Positions 53,277 to 64,000 of a stretch of 64,000 nucleotides of DNA are shown here, piece after piece (position 1 is the stretch's first letter; each line of letters opens with the position of its first letter). This stretch comes from a virus. The notes below the pieces were generated by a model. That model was given only the letters and a program-made list of their open reading frames with translations, was not told the DNA's origin and did no database searches. The position numbers were made by a program, and so were the translations under genes. The stretch spans positions 3,997-67,996 of IMG/VR virus record IMGVR_UViG_3300044730_001661; one strand, given 5' to 3'.

Positions 53277-53490
53277 AAGGATTTCCTTCTTCAGTATTTA
53301 TCTGTAATTCAGGAAGACCAAAAAATACTCTAGCTGCACCTTCTGTATCAAACCAATACCAGCCCCCTACAGGGTAGGTATAATCATCTTTATTTTCTGC
53401 ATACAGATTATAACCGCCAGATAAGACATAATTTGGTCCATGCAGTAAATCTTCATTATCTAATTTATAAAATCCTGGTCCTCTATCCAT
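53269..53490 (-). CDS. Small protein (GFYK...YTYPV.GWYWFD family), possible fibre chaperone
   Basis: Directly follows the BspA-like gene. Confidence 0.7.
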   Translation of the reverse strand: MDRGPGFYKLDNEDLLHGPNYVLSGGYNLYAENKDDYTYPVGGWYWFDTEGAARVFFGLPELQINTEEGNPYA

Positions 53491-53494
53491 AATT

Positions 53495-55186
53495 TTATCC
53501 TGTTACTGTCCATCCTTTAGCAATTGCGATTGCTGGATTGTCTGCTGCGTTTCCCCAGTTGCCTGATACTGTAATTGTTCTTGCTCCTGCGCCAGATGCA
53601 CCAACTGTTCCTAGATTGGTATAAATTGTATTTAAAGCAGTGGCCCCCAAAGAATTGTTACTGAAGTCCACATTCGCTCCCGTAAATCCACTCATACCAC
53701 ATGAACTTAAACTCCAGTTCTGGAAGAACATATTTGTGTAGGTTCCTGCGGTATTTGTTCTTAATTGAATATTTGGAATTTCTTTAATTCCACGACAATC
53801 GTAGAAAATTTCAGAGATATTTGCAACACCACTTAAATTTATATTTGGGCAATTTGTTAATTTATAACATCCATAGAACATAGCATTTGCAGTAGTAAGT
53901 GTTGCCCCAGTAACAAATGTATTTGGAACTCTTTCAAGAGTTCGACCAAATCTAAACATATTTGATGTATTTGTTGCATTGGGCATATTGAAAGTATTTC
54001 CCCATGCATCGAGATTTGTTATTGCCGAAGTATTAAACATGTCATTAAATAAAGTTCCTGCAGTTGTATCAAGATAAGGAACTTGTTCTAATGATCTAGT
54101 CTGGGCAAACATCAATGAAAAATTAGTAATGTTAGAGGTATTTTTAATTTTTGGTAAGTATCTTAAATTATCACAACCAAAAAACAAACTTCCCAAACTT
54201 GTAGCGGATACCGCGTCTATTTCTCCCGGAATTTCCTCTAAGGCTCTACATCCCGCAAAAAGCCCAGCCATATTTGTACTTGTTACTTTTGAAGTATTAA
54301 TGGCCGGTACTCTTTTCAGAGCTTGACAATCTTGAAATAACTGTGACATGAAAGTACAGTTACTTGTATTAAATGTACCGGGAACTTTTTTAAGTGAAGA
54401 ACACAAATAAAACATAAAGTTTAAATTTGGTGCGTTTTGAGTTTCACAAATGCTTGGAGGTATCCATTCCAGTGCATGGCAGCTGTGAAACAAACTTTGA
54501 AAATCTGTTATTCTTGATGTTGATGGAAATGCACTTATAATTTTAAGATTATTACAACCAATAAATGCAGCACCCAAAGATGTTAAATTAGATGTGCCAA
54601 TCCATCTAAAGTGTTCAAGGAGTCTTGACGCAGATCTATTATTAAATGTTGTATCGGAAACAGTCAACCCACCTGTTGCAAAAGGAGCTGACATGATAAT
54701 TTCAAGGTAACCGTTGTTGTAGTAACTTTGCAATCCAGATTGTGGATTTTTCAGAGCAAAGTTAAAAAATCCATTAAAAGTTGCCCCGGCTTGGGGTATA
54801 ATTACAATATTAAGAGTTTTATAACCACGGAAGACATCACTTGTTAATCCCGCATAAGTTGTTTTGTCATAATTTTTTGAAGCTGTTGAGGCTGAAGAGT
54901 ATGCTCCTGTTGTTCCATCACCCCAGTCAACACTAAAATTTCCAGTCATTGTAAATGCAGTAAAGTTATTATCAGTATTGTATACTGCATTTGTTATTAC
55001 AATTTTTTGTTCTCCTTCGGATACAGTTGGTCCCTGTCTCCAAGCACTAGGTCTTATCCAAGCGGTTTCAGAGCTATAGTCGTTAACTAGATATTTTTTA
55101 TTTAAACTAACAGTACCTGTGACATCATCATGTGCCGTATAATCCCCGATATACCCGTTATTAAGACGACTTGATCTTGTTCTCAT
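53495..55186 (-). CDS. BspA/DUF285-like leucine-rich repeat protein
   Basis: Repeats of the form TS..T....MF..C..L..VP; VDWGDG; ends IAIAKGWTVTG. Confidence 0.85.
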   Translation of the reverse strand: MRTRSSRLNNGYIGDYTAHDDVTGTVSLNKKYLVNDYSSETAWIRPSAWRQGPTVSEGEQKIVITNAVYNTDNNFTAFTMTGNFSVDWGDGTTGAYSSASTASKNYDKTTYAGLTSDVFRGYKTLNIVIIPQAGATFNGFFNFALKNPQSGLQSYYNNGYLEIIMSAPFATGGLTVSDTTFNNRSASRLLEHFRWIGTSNLTSLGAAFIGCNNLKIISAFPSTSRITDFQSLFHSCHALEWIPPSICETQNAPNLNFMFYLCSSLKKVPGTFNTSNCTFMSQLFQDCQALKRVPAINTSKVTSTNMAGLFAGCRALEEIPGEIDAVSATSLGSLFFGCDNLRYLPKIKNTSNITNFSLMFAQTRSLEQVPYLDTTAGTLFNDMFNTSAITNLDAWGNTFNMPNATNTSNMFRFGRTLERVPNTFVTGATLTTANAMFYGCYKLTNCPNINLSGVANISEIFYDCRGIKEIPNIQLRTNTAGTYTNMFFQNWSLSSCGMSGFTGANVDFSNNSLGATALNTIYTNLGTVGASGAGARTITVSGNWGNAADNPAIAIAKGWTVTG

Positions 55187-55911
55187 AAGAACCAACTCCT
55201 AGCATTGTTTGTCACGTAAATTTGATTTTGTAAAACTTGAATATTTCCTGATACACCTACAATACCGGAACCGGGCTCTAGACTGATTCCAGAAGTGCCT
55301 CCAGATACAATCTCACCATTGGTTCCATCATGCTCAAGTCTTATAAAATCGGTTGCCCTTAGTGATCCGGATCGGTAAACATAAAGATTTGGATTTATGT
55401 GTGTAGCACCCGGAGATCTGTTAGCGTTTCCCAACCCAGCTTTATCAACTATAGCAACCGCTCCGCTGTTTATTCCAGTTGATGTGTCAATAAAAAATTG
55501 AATTGTATCATTTCCAGTAGAGCTGCACACCACACCATTTTGCCCGTTTGATCCAAAATTAAATCGTACATCTGAGCCTATTACTAGCCCCGTATCAAAC
55601 AGTATATTTGATTGATTCAATGCAGCATCTGACGATCTAATTGTACCAAATCTTGGTCCATAACCCCAAGAAGTAAAATCTAAATACATTCCATAGTGCG
55701 TAGACCCGCCCGGAGCAGGCATGAAGTCCATACGACCGTTGGTGGTGTTTTGAATATACTCTGCGTTTTGGAGGCTTATGTTACCACTAAAAGTTCCGCC
55801 TGCTGAACTGATACCTGCTAAAGCATTAACAAGCCCAGACTCAAGAATAATATTATACCCGGTTCTACCAGTAGAATATCCTCCAACGGAATTGAACGGC
55901 ATTAGTGGCAT
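55183..55911 (-). CDS. Tail-fibre-like protein (242 aa)
   Basis: PFNSVGGYS N-terminus; GISSAGGTFSG module shared with neighbouring fibres. Confidence 0.75.
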   Translation of the reverse strand: MPLMPFNSVGGYSTGRTGYNIILESGLVNALAGISSAGGTFSGNISLQNAEYIQNTTNGRMDFMPAPGGSTHYGMYLDFTSWGYGPRFGTIRSSDAALNQSNILFDTGLVIGSDVRFNFGSNGQNGVVCSSTGNDTIQFFIDTSTGINSGAVAIVDKAGLGNANRSPGATHINPNLYVYRSGSLRATDFIRLEHDGTNGEIVSGGTSGISLEPGSGIVGVSGNIQVLQNQIYVTNNARSWFL

Positions 55912-56300
55912 TATTCAGTAATTTCCTCTGTATTTATGGCATTTACTTGAAGTCTTGTTCCCATCAATTGATAAATGTTATCTTTTTGTTGATTGTTTGT
56001 TTGATATTTGTATTCGGTTACACCTGTTAAATTTTTGTAATGTTCTACTGCGAGCATAACCTTTGAAAAAACTTCATGTGCATTTATGTTTTTATTGTTT
56101 ACATTATTAAAATTTACATTTTCAGCTTGTTTAAATGCTACACAAGTTTTTTCACTAGAATCATGAAAAAACAACACATTATATTCTACTTGATTTACTG
56201 TAAACTGATATACAATCCAAAAATGTTGAAAACTATTTGATGTATTGCCGTTTTCTACAAAAATATTATTTTCTAAAATATATGAAGTATTATATATCAT
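55911..56300 (-). CDS. Hypothetical protein (129 aa), very AT-rich
   Basis: Overlaps both neighbours by 1-4 nt. Confidence 0.65.
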   Translation of the reverse strand: MIYNTSYILENNIFVENGNTSNSFQHFWIVYQFTVNQVEYNVLFFHDSSEKTCVAFKQAENVNFNNVNNKNINAHEVFSKVMLAVEHYKNLTGVTEYKYQTNNQQKDNIYQLMGTRLQVNAINTEEITE

Positions 56301-59300
56301 CCTATTCTCTCTATTTCAATCATATAGTTTAATGTTCCAGCCTTTGGAATCGGTTGTGTAACAGAAATTGAAATGTAATCTCCATCATATGATAAACTAT
56401 ATACAGGAGCACTCAATCCATTAAATAAGGATATTTCAGACCAATTTAAAGTATTAGAATCTGATAAAGTTACCATAAAAGTTGATAAATTATCATAAGG
56501 AGTTGCAAACGATGTTTCTTTATTGGCTATCGTTATTTTAAATGATCCACTTACATCATCAACAATAGTATCATATGATATTTTACAAATTGTTACTCCA
56601 ACCAAAGCTGATGTTGAAGTGTAGTAACTATAAAGTTTATTAACTGCTGTGTAATTAAACGAACTATATTGTACAGCAAAACGAGATTCTGCTGTAATTC
56701 CAAAAGCTGATGATTTATTTATAGTCACCGGACCACTAAATGACGCAGTGGAACCCTGTAAAGATCCCGCAAGAGTCATCCCACCAGAAGCACTAATCCC
56801 CGCAGTAAATCTTGTAAGTGCACTGAAGGTTCCTCCTGCAGCACTCAATCCACCGTTGGCAGCTAACAATCCGGTGACCGTAATGGCATCGGTTACTGCA
56901 TCACCAAGATTGACATTTCCATTGGCAACAAAGTTTCCATTGACGGTAAGAGTTGAACCAGAAGGAATTATTATGTTTGATGATAAAGTTGCTCCAGAAG
57001 CACTAATACCACTTGGTGCATTCACCAATCCGTATATTGTTGCGGAGGTTTGTGTATTTCTACCAATGACTGCCGTATTGGAGCCTAAACCAACGGCTAA
57101 ATTACCAATTACAATCTCGTTAGTTTGTGCGTCTGCGGATGCACGGGCATCGTAACCAATGTAAATTCCACCAGTTGCTGATGAAAGAGAACCAGCACCC
57201 GTACCTCTTCTTCTTCCAGCCAGTGCTCCGATTGCAGTGTTTTGACTTCCTGAGTTAAGGAATAATAGAGATTGATTACCTATTGCAGTATTATCAGAAC
57301 TGAATGTATTACCAGCAGAGGTTAATGAAAAACTTCCTATTGCAGTATTTCTATATCCTGTTTCATTTCCATCAAGCGTATTGTGACCTATTGCCACATT
57401 ATCACTTCCACTCGTATTAAACTCTAAACTACTCTCTCCTATTGCAATATTCCTAAAACCTGCATTATTATTAAGTGCAAAACTACTTATTGCCACATTA
57501 GCGAAACCAGCATCGGTACTATTACTCATTGCGGCAGCACCAATTGCCACATTATTATCACCAGCAGTTGCCGATGCAAGAGCACTATGACCAACAGCTG
57601 TGTTGGATAAACCGCCCTCCATTACTCCTAATGCAAATGCTCCTATTACAGTATTGCTAGATCCCGAAACTGGTCCCTGACCAATTCTCAAACTATTTAC
57701 AAAAATATCATTGGCAAAGGTTATTCCACCTGCGGCAGAAATTCCTGATGTAAAGGATTGAAGAGCAACAAAGGTATTTGCCGTTCCTGTGGTTACGCCA
57801 GTAACATCGCCAGTAAGACCGTTGAAAGATGTTACCGTACCGAGTCTAATTTGATTTATGAATGATGTTCCGCTAATAGCCTTGGAAGTTGTAGAAGAAG
57901 CTCCGTCATCGGTAAATACTTTTATAAACTCAGAACTAATTGTATTCAGTTTACTCACGACACCGGATGTTGCATACCCAACACCTTCTATGTCGGTCAA
58001 GTACATTACATTGGTACCCGGTCTTTGAACTAAAATTTTATCAGCAAGATCTGGATTTTTTAAACCAGTTATTGCAGAAGCGCCTTGAATGTAATTCAAG
58101 GTAAATGAGTATGTTGAACCAGAAATACTAGAAGTTATTCCCTGTCCTGCATTTAAAATAATATTTTGCGTAGCACCATTTACACTCAAAACTCCAGTAT
58201 TCGAAACAGTCAGAGTGTTTCCAGAGACAGATAGACCGATACCAGAGCCATTGGTGATACCGACAGCACCAGTAAGACCACGCAAAGAACTTACAAGCGG
58301 TAAACTTGTGACACTTAAATTTTCCCATCCAGTGACACCATCCACATAAGTCAACACCTGATAATTTTGAGGAGATGTTATTATAACATCCGTCAAATCA
58401 TCAAGAGTCAACGATACTGATCCACCGCCACTCGTCGTGCTTCTAAAGTTTCCTGCCTGAAGAATAAGAGCATCAGATGTATTTGTTAAATCGGTGGCAC
58501 CGCTTTTTACCAGCAAATATCCGGCAAAGATCGCATTTGTTCTGGTATTTTCAATTTCAGTAAAGTTTTCAAAGTTTATGTTTGCAGCAGCATCTGCCAA
58601 ACTTGTATACTCTGCACGACCATAATAAACACCCAAAAGAGTCGGTGTATTTGGATAATAGAATAGTCTTTGAATTGTGTATTTACCACCGGGAACTGTT
58701 TGTAAAGTTCCGCTACCATTATCATACTTGGTAGGATCTATTGCAGTTTGGTTGGGAACCGTTATAAAACTTCCTGCGGTTACTCCACGATAATATCTGT
58801 AGAAAATGCAATCTGTGTAAGCCCCATCCGACACAACGCTTGGATTGTCCGTATCATTGATCCAGTTTCTACCAAGGCTAAAAGCGGTTCCAGAAGTTCT
58901 GTTTAGTTTTAAGTTTGCACCATTTGGTTGGATGGTGTGCCCAGAGACTTTAATTGGACCGAAGGAACGAATGAATTGCTCGTACTGCTTGTCCGTTGCG
59001 TATGCCACGTTTGGATTTGTTCTTGCAAGATTGATAAATGTTCTTGAAGGGTGTACGAGCTGACCAATAATTATAGTAGTTTCTAGCTGTTGATCCGTAT
59101 AGTAAGTTGGTCTCTGTTGGACAAGACCAGCAGAATCCACATAAATCCAAGTAGTATCACTAGTTGCGAGATGTGTTAACGTTATTCCAGTTTGGCCTGC
59201 CCAATCAACATAGTGGAATGTTGGAAATGGGCCAGATGTATAGGTAGATCCAGAGGCGTGTATTTGTCCTCTTCCGGCAGTAATGTCAAAATGTGCACTG

Positions 59301-59515
59301 TTTCCCGCATTTATAGAAATAATTCCACCATACAAAAGACCTGTTGCTAGATTTGATGCATAAATGCTTCCAGAAATTCCGTAAAGGGCGTTCGAATCAT
59401 TTGCAATATCTGCTGTAACGATTTTATCCCAAGCAACTCCATTGTATTGCCACTGCTGTCCCGCGTAGGAATACGTCTGTCCTGATGATGGGGTTGATGG
59501 AAAATCAATAGGCAT
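56297..59515 (-). CDS. Long tail-fibre protein with YadA-head-like NTAIG repeats
   Basis: MPIDFPSTPSSGQTY..WQYNGVAW anchor; LDDLTDV; (N(T/V)AIG..AL)n repeats. Confidence 0.85.
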   Translation of the reverse strand: MPIDFPSTPSSGQTYSYAGQQWQYNGVAWDKIVTADIANDSNALYGISGSIYASNLATGLLYGGIISINAGNSAHFDITAGRGQIHASGSTYTSGPFPTFHYVDWAGQTGITLTHLATSDTTWIYVDSAGLVQQRPTYYTDQQLETTIIIGQLVHPSRTFINLARTNPNVAYATDKQYEQFIRSFGPIKVSGHTIQPNGANLKLNRTSGTAFSLGRNWINDTDNPSVVSDGAYTDCIFYRYYRGVTAGSFITVPNQTAIDPTKYDNGSGTLQTVPGGKYTIQRLFYYPNTPTLLGVYYGRAEYTSLADAAANINFENFTEIENTRTNAIFAGYLLVKSGATDLTNTSDALILQAGNFRSTTSGGGSVSLTLDDLTDVIITSPQNYQVLTYVDGVTGWENLSVTSLPLVSSLRGLTGAVGITNGSGIGLSVSGNTLTVSNTGVLSVNGATQNIILNAGQGITSSISGSTYSFTLNYIQGASAITGLKNPDLADKILVQRPGTNVMYLTDIEGVGYATSGVVSKLNTISSEFIKVFTDDGASSTTSKAISGTSFINQIRLGTVTSFNGLTGDVTGVTTGTANTFVALQSFTSGISAAGGITFANDIFVNSLRIGQGPVSGSSNTVIGAFALGVMEGGLSNTAVGHSALASATAGDNNVAIGAAAMSNSTDAGFANVAISSFALNNNAGFRNIAIGESSLEFNTSGSDNVAIGHNTLDGNETGYRNTAIGSFSLTSAGNTFSSDNTAIGNQSLLFLNSGSQNTAIGALAGRRRGTGAGSLSSATGGIYIGYDARASADAQTNEIVIGNLAVGLGSNTAVIGRNTQTSATIYGLVNAPSGISASGATLSSNIIIPSGSTLTVNGNFVANGNVNLGDAVTDAITVTGLLAANGGLSAAGGTFSALTRFTAGISASGGMTLAGSLQGSTASFSGPVTINKSSAFGITAESRFAVQYSSFNYTAVNKLYSYYTSTSALVGVTICKISYDTIVDDVSGSFKITIANKETSFATPYDNLSTFMVTLSDSNTLNWSEISLFNGLSAPVYSLSYDGDYISISVTQPIPKAGTLNYMIEIERIG

Positions 59516-59542
59516 TGTCTAATATTTATCTTAAATTACAAA

Positions 59543-59758
59543 TTAATAGTCTGAAGGATCTGCTTCAACAAATTCCGAAGGAGATAACCAGATCAGTCTT
59601 TTTCCACAGTATACACCTTCAACCAAACATTTTGTTGGATCCTGTGCAATTTCTCCCCAGTATATGAACCGATCATCAGCTGAAAGCTGAAAGTTTATAG
59701 CCTGTGTTGAATTTGCATCAACTAATTTTACGATGGATAATGGTCTTGGGTTTGGCAT
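59543..59758 (-). CDS. Hypothetical protein (71 aa)
   Basis: Co-oriented, packed after the paralog pair. Confidence 0.7.
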   Translation of the reverse strand: MPNPRPLSIVKLVDANSTQAINFQLSADDRFIYWGEIAQDPTKCLVEGVYCGKRLIWLSPSEFVEADPSDY

Positions 59759-59761
59759 AGT

Positions 59762-60619
59762 TTATGAGAATATTAAAATTTCCCTTGCTACTGGTCGGCG
59801 TATTCTGATGCCGATGTAATCCAGGAATATAAGTCTTGCGGTTGCTGTAGCCGTTACTGTCTTGGAATTGGTTATAAAGCCACCCATGTAGTCTCCAGCT
59901 GCCGTTGGAATTCTTGCTGTTGTGGTAGGTGTTGCCGTACCTTCTGTATTTATATTATCTGTGAGATTTTTGATTTTATAGGTCGTCGTATATGTCCCAT
60001 CAGAATTTGCCTGTACTGATAGATACATTCTATAAGTTTTGCTTGCAGCCACCGTTACAGTGGTGTTTACCCGGTCTACGGTGCCACCATCTTTTCTGAA
60101 TGCTACGAACCATGTCGTATCAGTTAGGGTTCCATTACATATAAATTCAAAATAAACTCCATCACTCTGATCAGCGTTTGAGATAGAGTTGCCGAAACCC
60201 ATTCTATAATAGCCTCTTAGAGTATTGTCATGTATTGTAGTATCAGTTCTTAGAAGAACTTCATATTCATATATTGTAACCAAACCTGCGCTTGGGGTCG
60301 GAAGTCCCGGCAATATGTTATTGCTGGTATAAATGGACGCATATCCTGTGGTATTGGATGTTGTTCCGGTTGACAGAGATACTACACCAGACGCAGCAGT
60401 AATACCAAAAGCCGTGAAGTGTGCGGTGGTGTTGGAGGTTAATGCTCCACCGTTTGCTGCGTTGGCATACAAAACTCCACCCTGAGCGGTAATAGCAGCG
60501 CTTGGTACCGCAACCGAGTGAAAATCCGTAAATATGATTGTATCCAATTGTGTTGGATTTTCTGTCTGGGAACTTCCGATTAAAACTAGTTCGTTGATTG
60601 AATTTACGCCGTATGCCAT
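59762..60619 (-). CDS. Lectin-like/beta-sandwich virion protein, paralog A (285 aa)
   Basis: Collinear and highly similar to 60624-61481. Confidence 0.8.
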   Translation of the reverse strand: MAYGVNSINELVLIGSSQTENPTQLDTIIFTDFHSVAVPSAAITAQGGVLYANAANGGALTSNTTAHFTAFGITAASGVVSLSTGTTSNTTGYASIYTSNNILPGLPTPSAGLVTIYEYEVLLRTDTTIHDNTLRGYYRMGFGNSISNADQSDGVYFEFICNGTLTDTTWFVAFRKDGGTVDRVNTTVTVAASKTYRMYLSVQANSDGTYTTTYKIKNLTDNINTEGTATPTTTARIPTAAGDYMGGFITNSKTVTATATARLIFLDYIGIRIRRPVAREILIFS

Positions 60620-60623
60620 ATTG

Positions 60624-61481
60624 TTATGAAAATATTAATATTTCCCTCGTTAAAGGTCTTCTGATTCTGCAAGCAATATAATCTATATACACTGAAGTGG
60701 AGTTTATTGTTGCCACACCCTGTTTTAATACAGTGATTGCTGGACCCATATAATCGGTTGTTGCGGTTGGATAAAAACTATTATTTGAAGGGGATGCTGT
60801 CGATTCCGTATTGGTGTTATCTGTTAAATTTTTAATCTTATAAGTTGTTGTATAAGTTCCATCCAGACTCACTTCAACGCACAAATACATCCTGTATGTT
60901 TTGCTTGCTGCATAGGTAACTCCAGTATTTACACGTGACTGCGAAACTGCGCTGCTTCGAAATACAATATTCCATGTGGTGTCTGTTGTCGTTCCATCGC
61001 TAACAAATTCAAAATAAACACCATCCGTTGGCGTTCCCGATACAGATTGCATAAAGCCCAAACGGATTAACCCCCACCGAGTGCTTCCATCAAAAATAAA
61101 TGTATCGGTTCTTATTAGAGCTTCATATTCGTATTTTGTTACCAATCCCGTTGAAGGTGTAGGCAATCCTGGGAGAATATTTAATGCTGTACAAAGCCCA
61201 GAATATGCAGTGGTATTGCTGGTTGTACCCGTATTAAGAGAACATATTCCATGTGCTGCTGTAATTCCAAATACAGCAAATACAGCTGTAGAATTGTTCG
61301 TAACGCCCCCGCCGGTTCCACTTTGCAGAAAAAAAACACCACCTTGTGCGGGCGAGACTGTTGATGGGCCAGTAGCTTGTATCAAATCAGTAAAAAAAAT
61401 CATGTCCAACTGCGAAGAGTTTTCGCTTTGGGAAGTATGCTTCAAAACTTGCTGATTTATGGAACTTACTGCGTATGCCAT
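60624..61481 (-). CDS. Lectin-like/beta-sandwich virion protein, paralog B (285 aa)
   Basis: Shared ILPGLPTPS.GLVT.YEYE, DGVYFEF, ASKTYRMYL, REILIFS. Confidence 0.8.
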   Translation of the reverse strand: MAYAVSSINQQVLKHTSQSENSSQLDMIFFTDLIQATGPSTVSPAQGGVFFLQSGTGGGVTNNSTAVFAVFGITAAHGICSLNTGTTSNTTAYSGLCTALNILPGLPTPSTGLVTKYEYEALIRTDTFIFDGSTRWGLIRLGFMQSVSGTPTDGVYFEFVSDGTTTDTTWNIVFRSSAVSQSRVNTGVTYAASKTYRMYLCVEVSLDGTYTTTYKIKNLTDNTNTESTASPSNNSFYPTATTDYMGPAITVLKQGVATINSTSVYIDYIACRIRRPLTREILIFS

Positions 61482-61482
61482 A

Positions 61483-63999
61483 TTAGACTATGAACCAGTT
61501 AGAGTTATCACTGAGCAAATCAATTGCCTGATATTGCTTGTTTAGATTGTAGAAAGTAGCCCCATCGATGGTTTGAGAAGATGTAGTAGCTATACTTAAA
61601 ATTCCCGTATTTGAATTTTTTATAGTATATCTGTTCGTATTGCTGGCTGCTGTTGGCATTGTGAGAGTTATGTTTCCCGTGGTATTTCCGTTATAGACAT
61701 AATCCGTAGATGCTGCAGATCCTGCTGTTGTGGAGCCAGTTATGGTAGTGATGGTTCTGCTGATTCCACCCGATCCACTTATAGTTGCCCAAGTTATTCC
61801 TGACCCGGTAGATGTCAAAACTTGGTTGTTTGAGCCTTGCGAACCGTTTATTTTTAGAGAAGAAGTTGCAAGGTTTACGGTCCCATTAAAATTATGGTTG
61901 GTGGCAAAATGATCAATTATTTGTGTAGTATCGTTTACTCCAATATGGGTATTATTACTCGCACCGTCACCATCTCCAATGTACACTGGACCTACTGTGC
62001 TTTGTAAAAGTATATCTAGGTTGTTTATAGCTAAATAACTGGCACTCGGTGTATATGCTAATGAAACGGGAGTGTTGGATCTTATCTCCAAGAAACCAGA
62101 TTCTTGTGATATTATGCTGCTTTGGGCAGCACATACTCCAACAAGGTTTATATCTCCACCATTACCTATGGTTATTCCAGAAGCACTGATACCATTAGTA
62201 AAACTTTGAACTGGACCAAAAATATTTGCAGTTCCTGTGGTTACGCCTGTAACATCACCGGTTAGTCCATTAAAAGTCAGAACTCCCGTATTGCTGAATT
62301 GCAGAGAATTCAGAGCAAGCCCGGTTCCAGCCGTATAAACAGGAGGTGTGCTGAATAAGGCAAATGTTATGGCCGTTGTTCCAAATGTTATTCCATCAGG
62401 AACGCTGCAGATATATGCGTTTCCTTTTAAGGTTGTTCCATTTTGAACGAAGAAATAATCATTTTCACCAAGTCCATCTTGATCGTGTGGGTGGTAATTA
62501 TTTGCATCGGCAGATCTTGTCAGTATCCATCCAGTGCTACCACTTCCTTGATTTGTAACATCATATATACCGTTCCACTGTTGGGTACTTGCAGATCTTA
62601 CAAGAATTCTGTCTCCAGTTGAACCATCAATGCCGTCGATGTTTATTCTGGAAAAAGAAGAAGTTTTTCTTAAGAAAGCACCAACTCCACTTGCACCATT
62701 GTCATAAGTTACGCCAGAAGCAAAAGTTTCGGCATCAGTTGATGCAAGTGCTACTGGTTGGTGATAGTGAATTCCGGTAGAAGCTACCGAATCAACATAG
62801 AATTTATTGGCAGCATCCAAATCTGTGGTCGGTGTTACGACTCCAGTAATAGATACTGTTCCAGACATCGTTGCACCGGTAACGATAATACCATTAGTAA
62901 AACTTTGAACTGGACCAAATGTATTTGCAGTTCCGGTGGTTACACCAGTAACCGAACCCGTAAGTCCATTAAAAGAACTTACAACATTTTTAGTAAGTGC
63001 CAGAGTTCCAGATTCATTCGGAAGAAGTAGTAAAATACTGTTGGAGCCATTATAAGTAAATTGTAGGGTAGAATCACCAGTGCTATCTGTTGAGTAGATA
63101 TTTGGAGTAAAACCTGTTACTAGATCTATTTGTGTGCTATTTGCAGCATCGATTATACTTAATTTAGTTTCATCACCACCAGAAATAGTTTGGCTAGCAC
63201 TAAAGTTGTTATCTACATTTGTTTTAGCGACATTCGTAATTGTACCAGTAGTACCATTAACACTCAAAACTCCAGTATTCGAAACAGTCAGAGTGTTTCC
63301 AGAGACAGACAGACCGATGCCAGAGCCATTGGTGATACCAACAGCACCAGTAAGCCCGCGAATTGATATAACATAATCACCCACGGGACCCGTGGCTCCA
63401 GTGTTTCCTTGTGGTCCTTGTTCACCAGTGGCTCCAGTGTTTCCTTGTGGTCCCTGAGAACCCGTGGCACCAGTTGCTCCAGTGTTTCCTTGTGGTCCCT
63501 GAATACCTTGTTCGCCAGTTGCTCCGGTGTTTCCTTGCAGACCTTGAATACCCTGTGAACCAGTGGCTCCGGTATTTCCTTGTGCTCCTGTTGCACCAGC
63601 AGAGCCAGTTGCACCGGTATTACCCTGGGGACCGACTGGACCCTCGGATCCAGTTGCTCCAGTATTTCCTTGAATTCCAGTTGCACCTGCTGGGCCTGTT
63701 GCTCCAGTGTTTCCTTGTGGTCCCTGAGAACCCGTGGCACCAGTATTTCCCTGTGTTCCTGTAGAACCAGTGGGTCCAGTTGCACCCGTATTGCCTTGTA
63801 GCATTGCCGTGCCCTGTGTGGTTCCATCGGCAAATTCAATATAAGGTACGCTTCCACTACCTATTTTTAAACCGTTAGGTATTTGAAATTGTTTACTCGA
63901 TGGGTCTAGTATAAAACCAGCTTGGGCTGCAAACCCTCCACTAGCTGCAGCAAATTGAATCGCCCCCAGAGTTCCTTTAGACGTGGTTGTGGTAGAAAT
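61483..63999 (-). CDS. Collagen-repeat tail-fibre protein, 5' end outside window
   Basis: Frame stays open from the window end through 63804; (G-X-Y)n with QGNTGATG units at ~63380-63800; DAANKFYVD; fibre-tip C-terminus. Confidence 0.88.
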   Translation of the reverse strand: MSTTTTSKGTLGAIQFAAASGGFAAQAGFILDPSSKQFQIPNGLKIGSGSVPYIEFADGTTQGTAMLQGNTGATGPTGSTGTQGNTGATGSQGPQGNTGATGPAGATGIQGNTGATGSEGPVGPQGNTGATGSAGATGAQGNTGATGSQGIQGLQGNTGATGEQGIQGPQGNTGATGATGSQGPQGNTGATGEQGPQGNTGATGPVGDYVISIRGLTGAVGITNGSGIGLSVSGNTLTVSNTGVLSVNGTTGTITNVAKTNVDNNFSASQTISGGDETKLSIIDAANSTQIDLVTGFTPNIYSTDSTGDSTLQFTYNGSNSILLLLPNESGTLALTKNVVSSFNGLTGSVTGVTTGTANTFGPVQSFTNGIIVTGATMSGTVSITGVVTPTTDLDAANKFYVDSVASTGIHYHQPVALASTDAETFASGVTYDNGASGVGAFLRKTSSFSRINIDGIDGSTGDRILVRSASTQQWNGIYDVTNQGSGSTGWILTRSADANNYHPHDQDGLGENDYFFVQNGTTLKGNAYICSVPDGITFGTTAITFALFSTPPVYTAGTGLALNSLQFSNTGVLTFNGLTGDVTGVTTGTANIFGPVQSFTNGISASGITIGNGGDINLVGVCAAQSSIISQESGFLEIRSNTPVSLAYTPSASYLAINNLDILLQSTVGPVYIGDGDGASNNTHIGVNDTTQIIDHFATNHNFNGTVNLATSSLKINGSQGSNNQVLTSTGSGITWATISGSGGISRTITTITGSTTAGSAASTDYVYNGNTTGNITLTMPTAASNTNRYTIKNSNTGILSIATTSSQTIDGATFYNLNKQYQAIDLLSDNSNWFIV

Positions 64000-64000
64000 T

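Noticed and set aside
53495-63999. Diversity-generating retroelement or invertible fibre cassette
   Set aside because: No reverse transcriptase or invertase in the window; the shared blocks are co-oriented, in-frame and not obviously adenine-specific in their differences.

Overview
The window is part of a large T4-like (myovirus) bacteriophage genome: it carries gp43 DNA polymerase, UvsX, gp41 helicase, gp61 primase, ThyX, class II RNR, dUTPase, GroES and tail-fibre-like genes. A PAPG-type PEP-CTERM-like tail hints at a Planctomycetota (Phycisphaerae-like) host, which is inference only. Layout: (1) 1-9.4 kb is a visibly GC-rich early region of small genes plus a MoxR AAA+/vWA-peptidase pair. 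Most of these genes are leaderless behind consensus sigma70 promoters, and the region is punctuated by four copies of a symmetric ~92-106 bp element (GACTACTATCA-hairpin...TGGACRG...hairpin-TGATAGTAGTC) whose hairpins keep their structure while changing sequence. (2) 9.4-10.4 kb is a non-coding block of iterated motifs at the composition boundary. (3) 10.4-38 kb is mostly AT-rich late/internal-protein genes with TAAATA late promoters, tRNAs, a circularly permuted two-piece tmRNA and several unexplained structured RNAs. (4) 38.5-49.5 kb is the replication/nucleotide module. (5) 49.5-64 kb holds a putative lysis cassette and mosaic fibre genes. The most striking signals are the dispersed hairpin element with its 9.4-10.4 kb hub, the permuted tmRNA cluster, and window-wide leaderless transcription. 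Everything was read by eye; no database searches or folding software were run.
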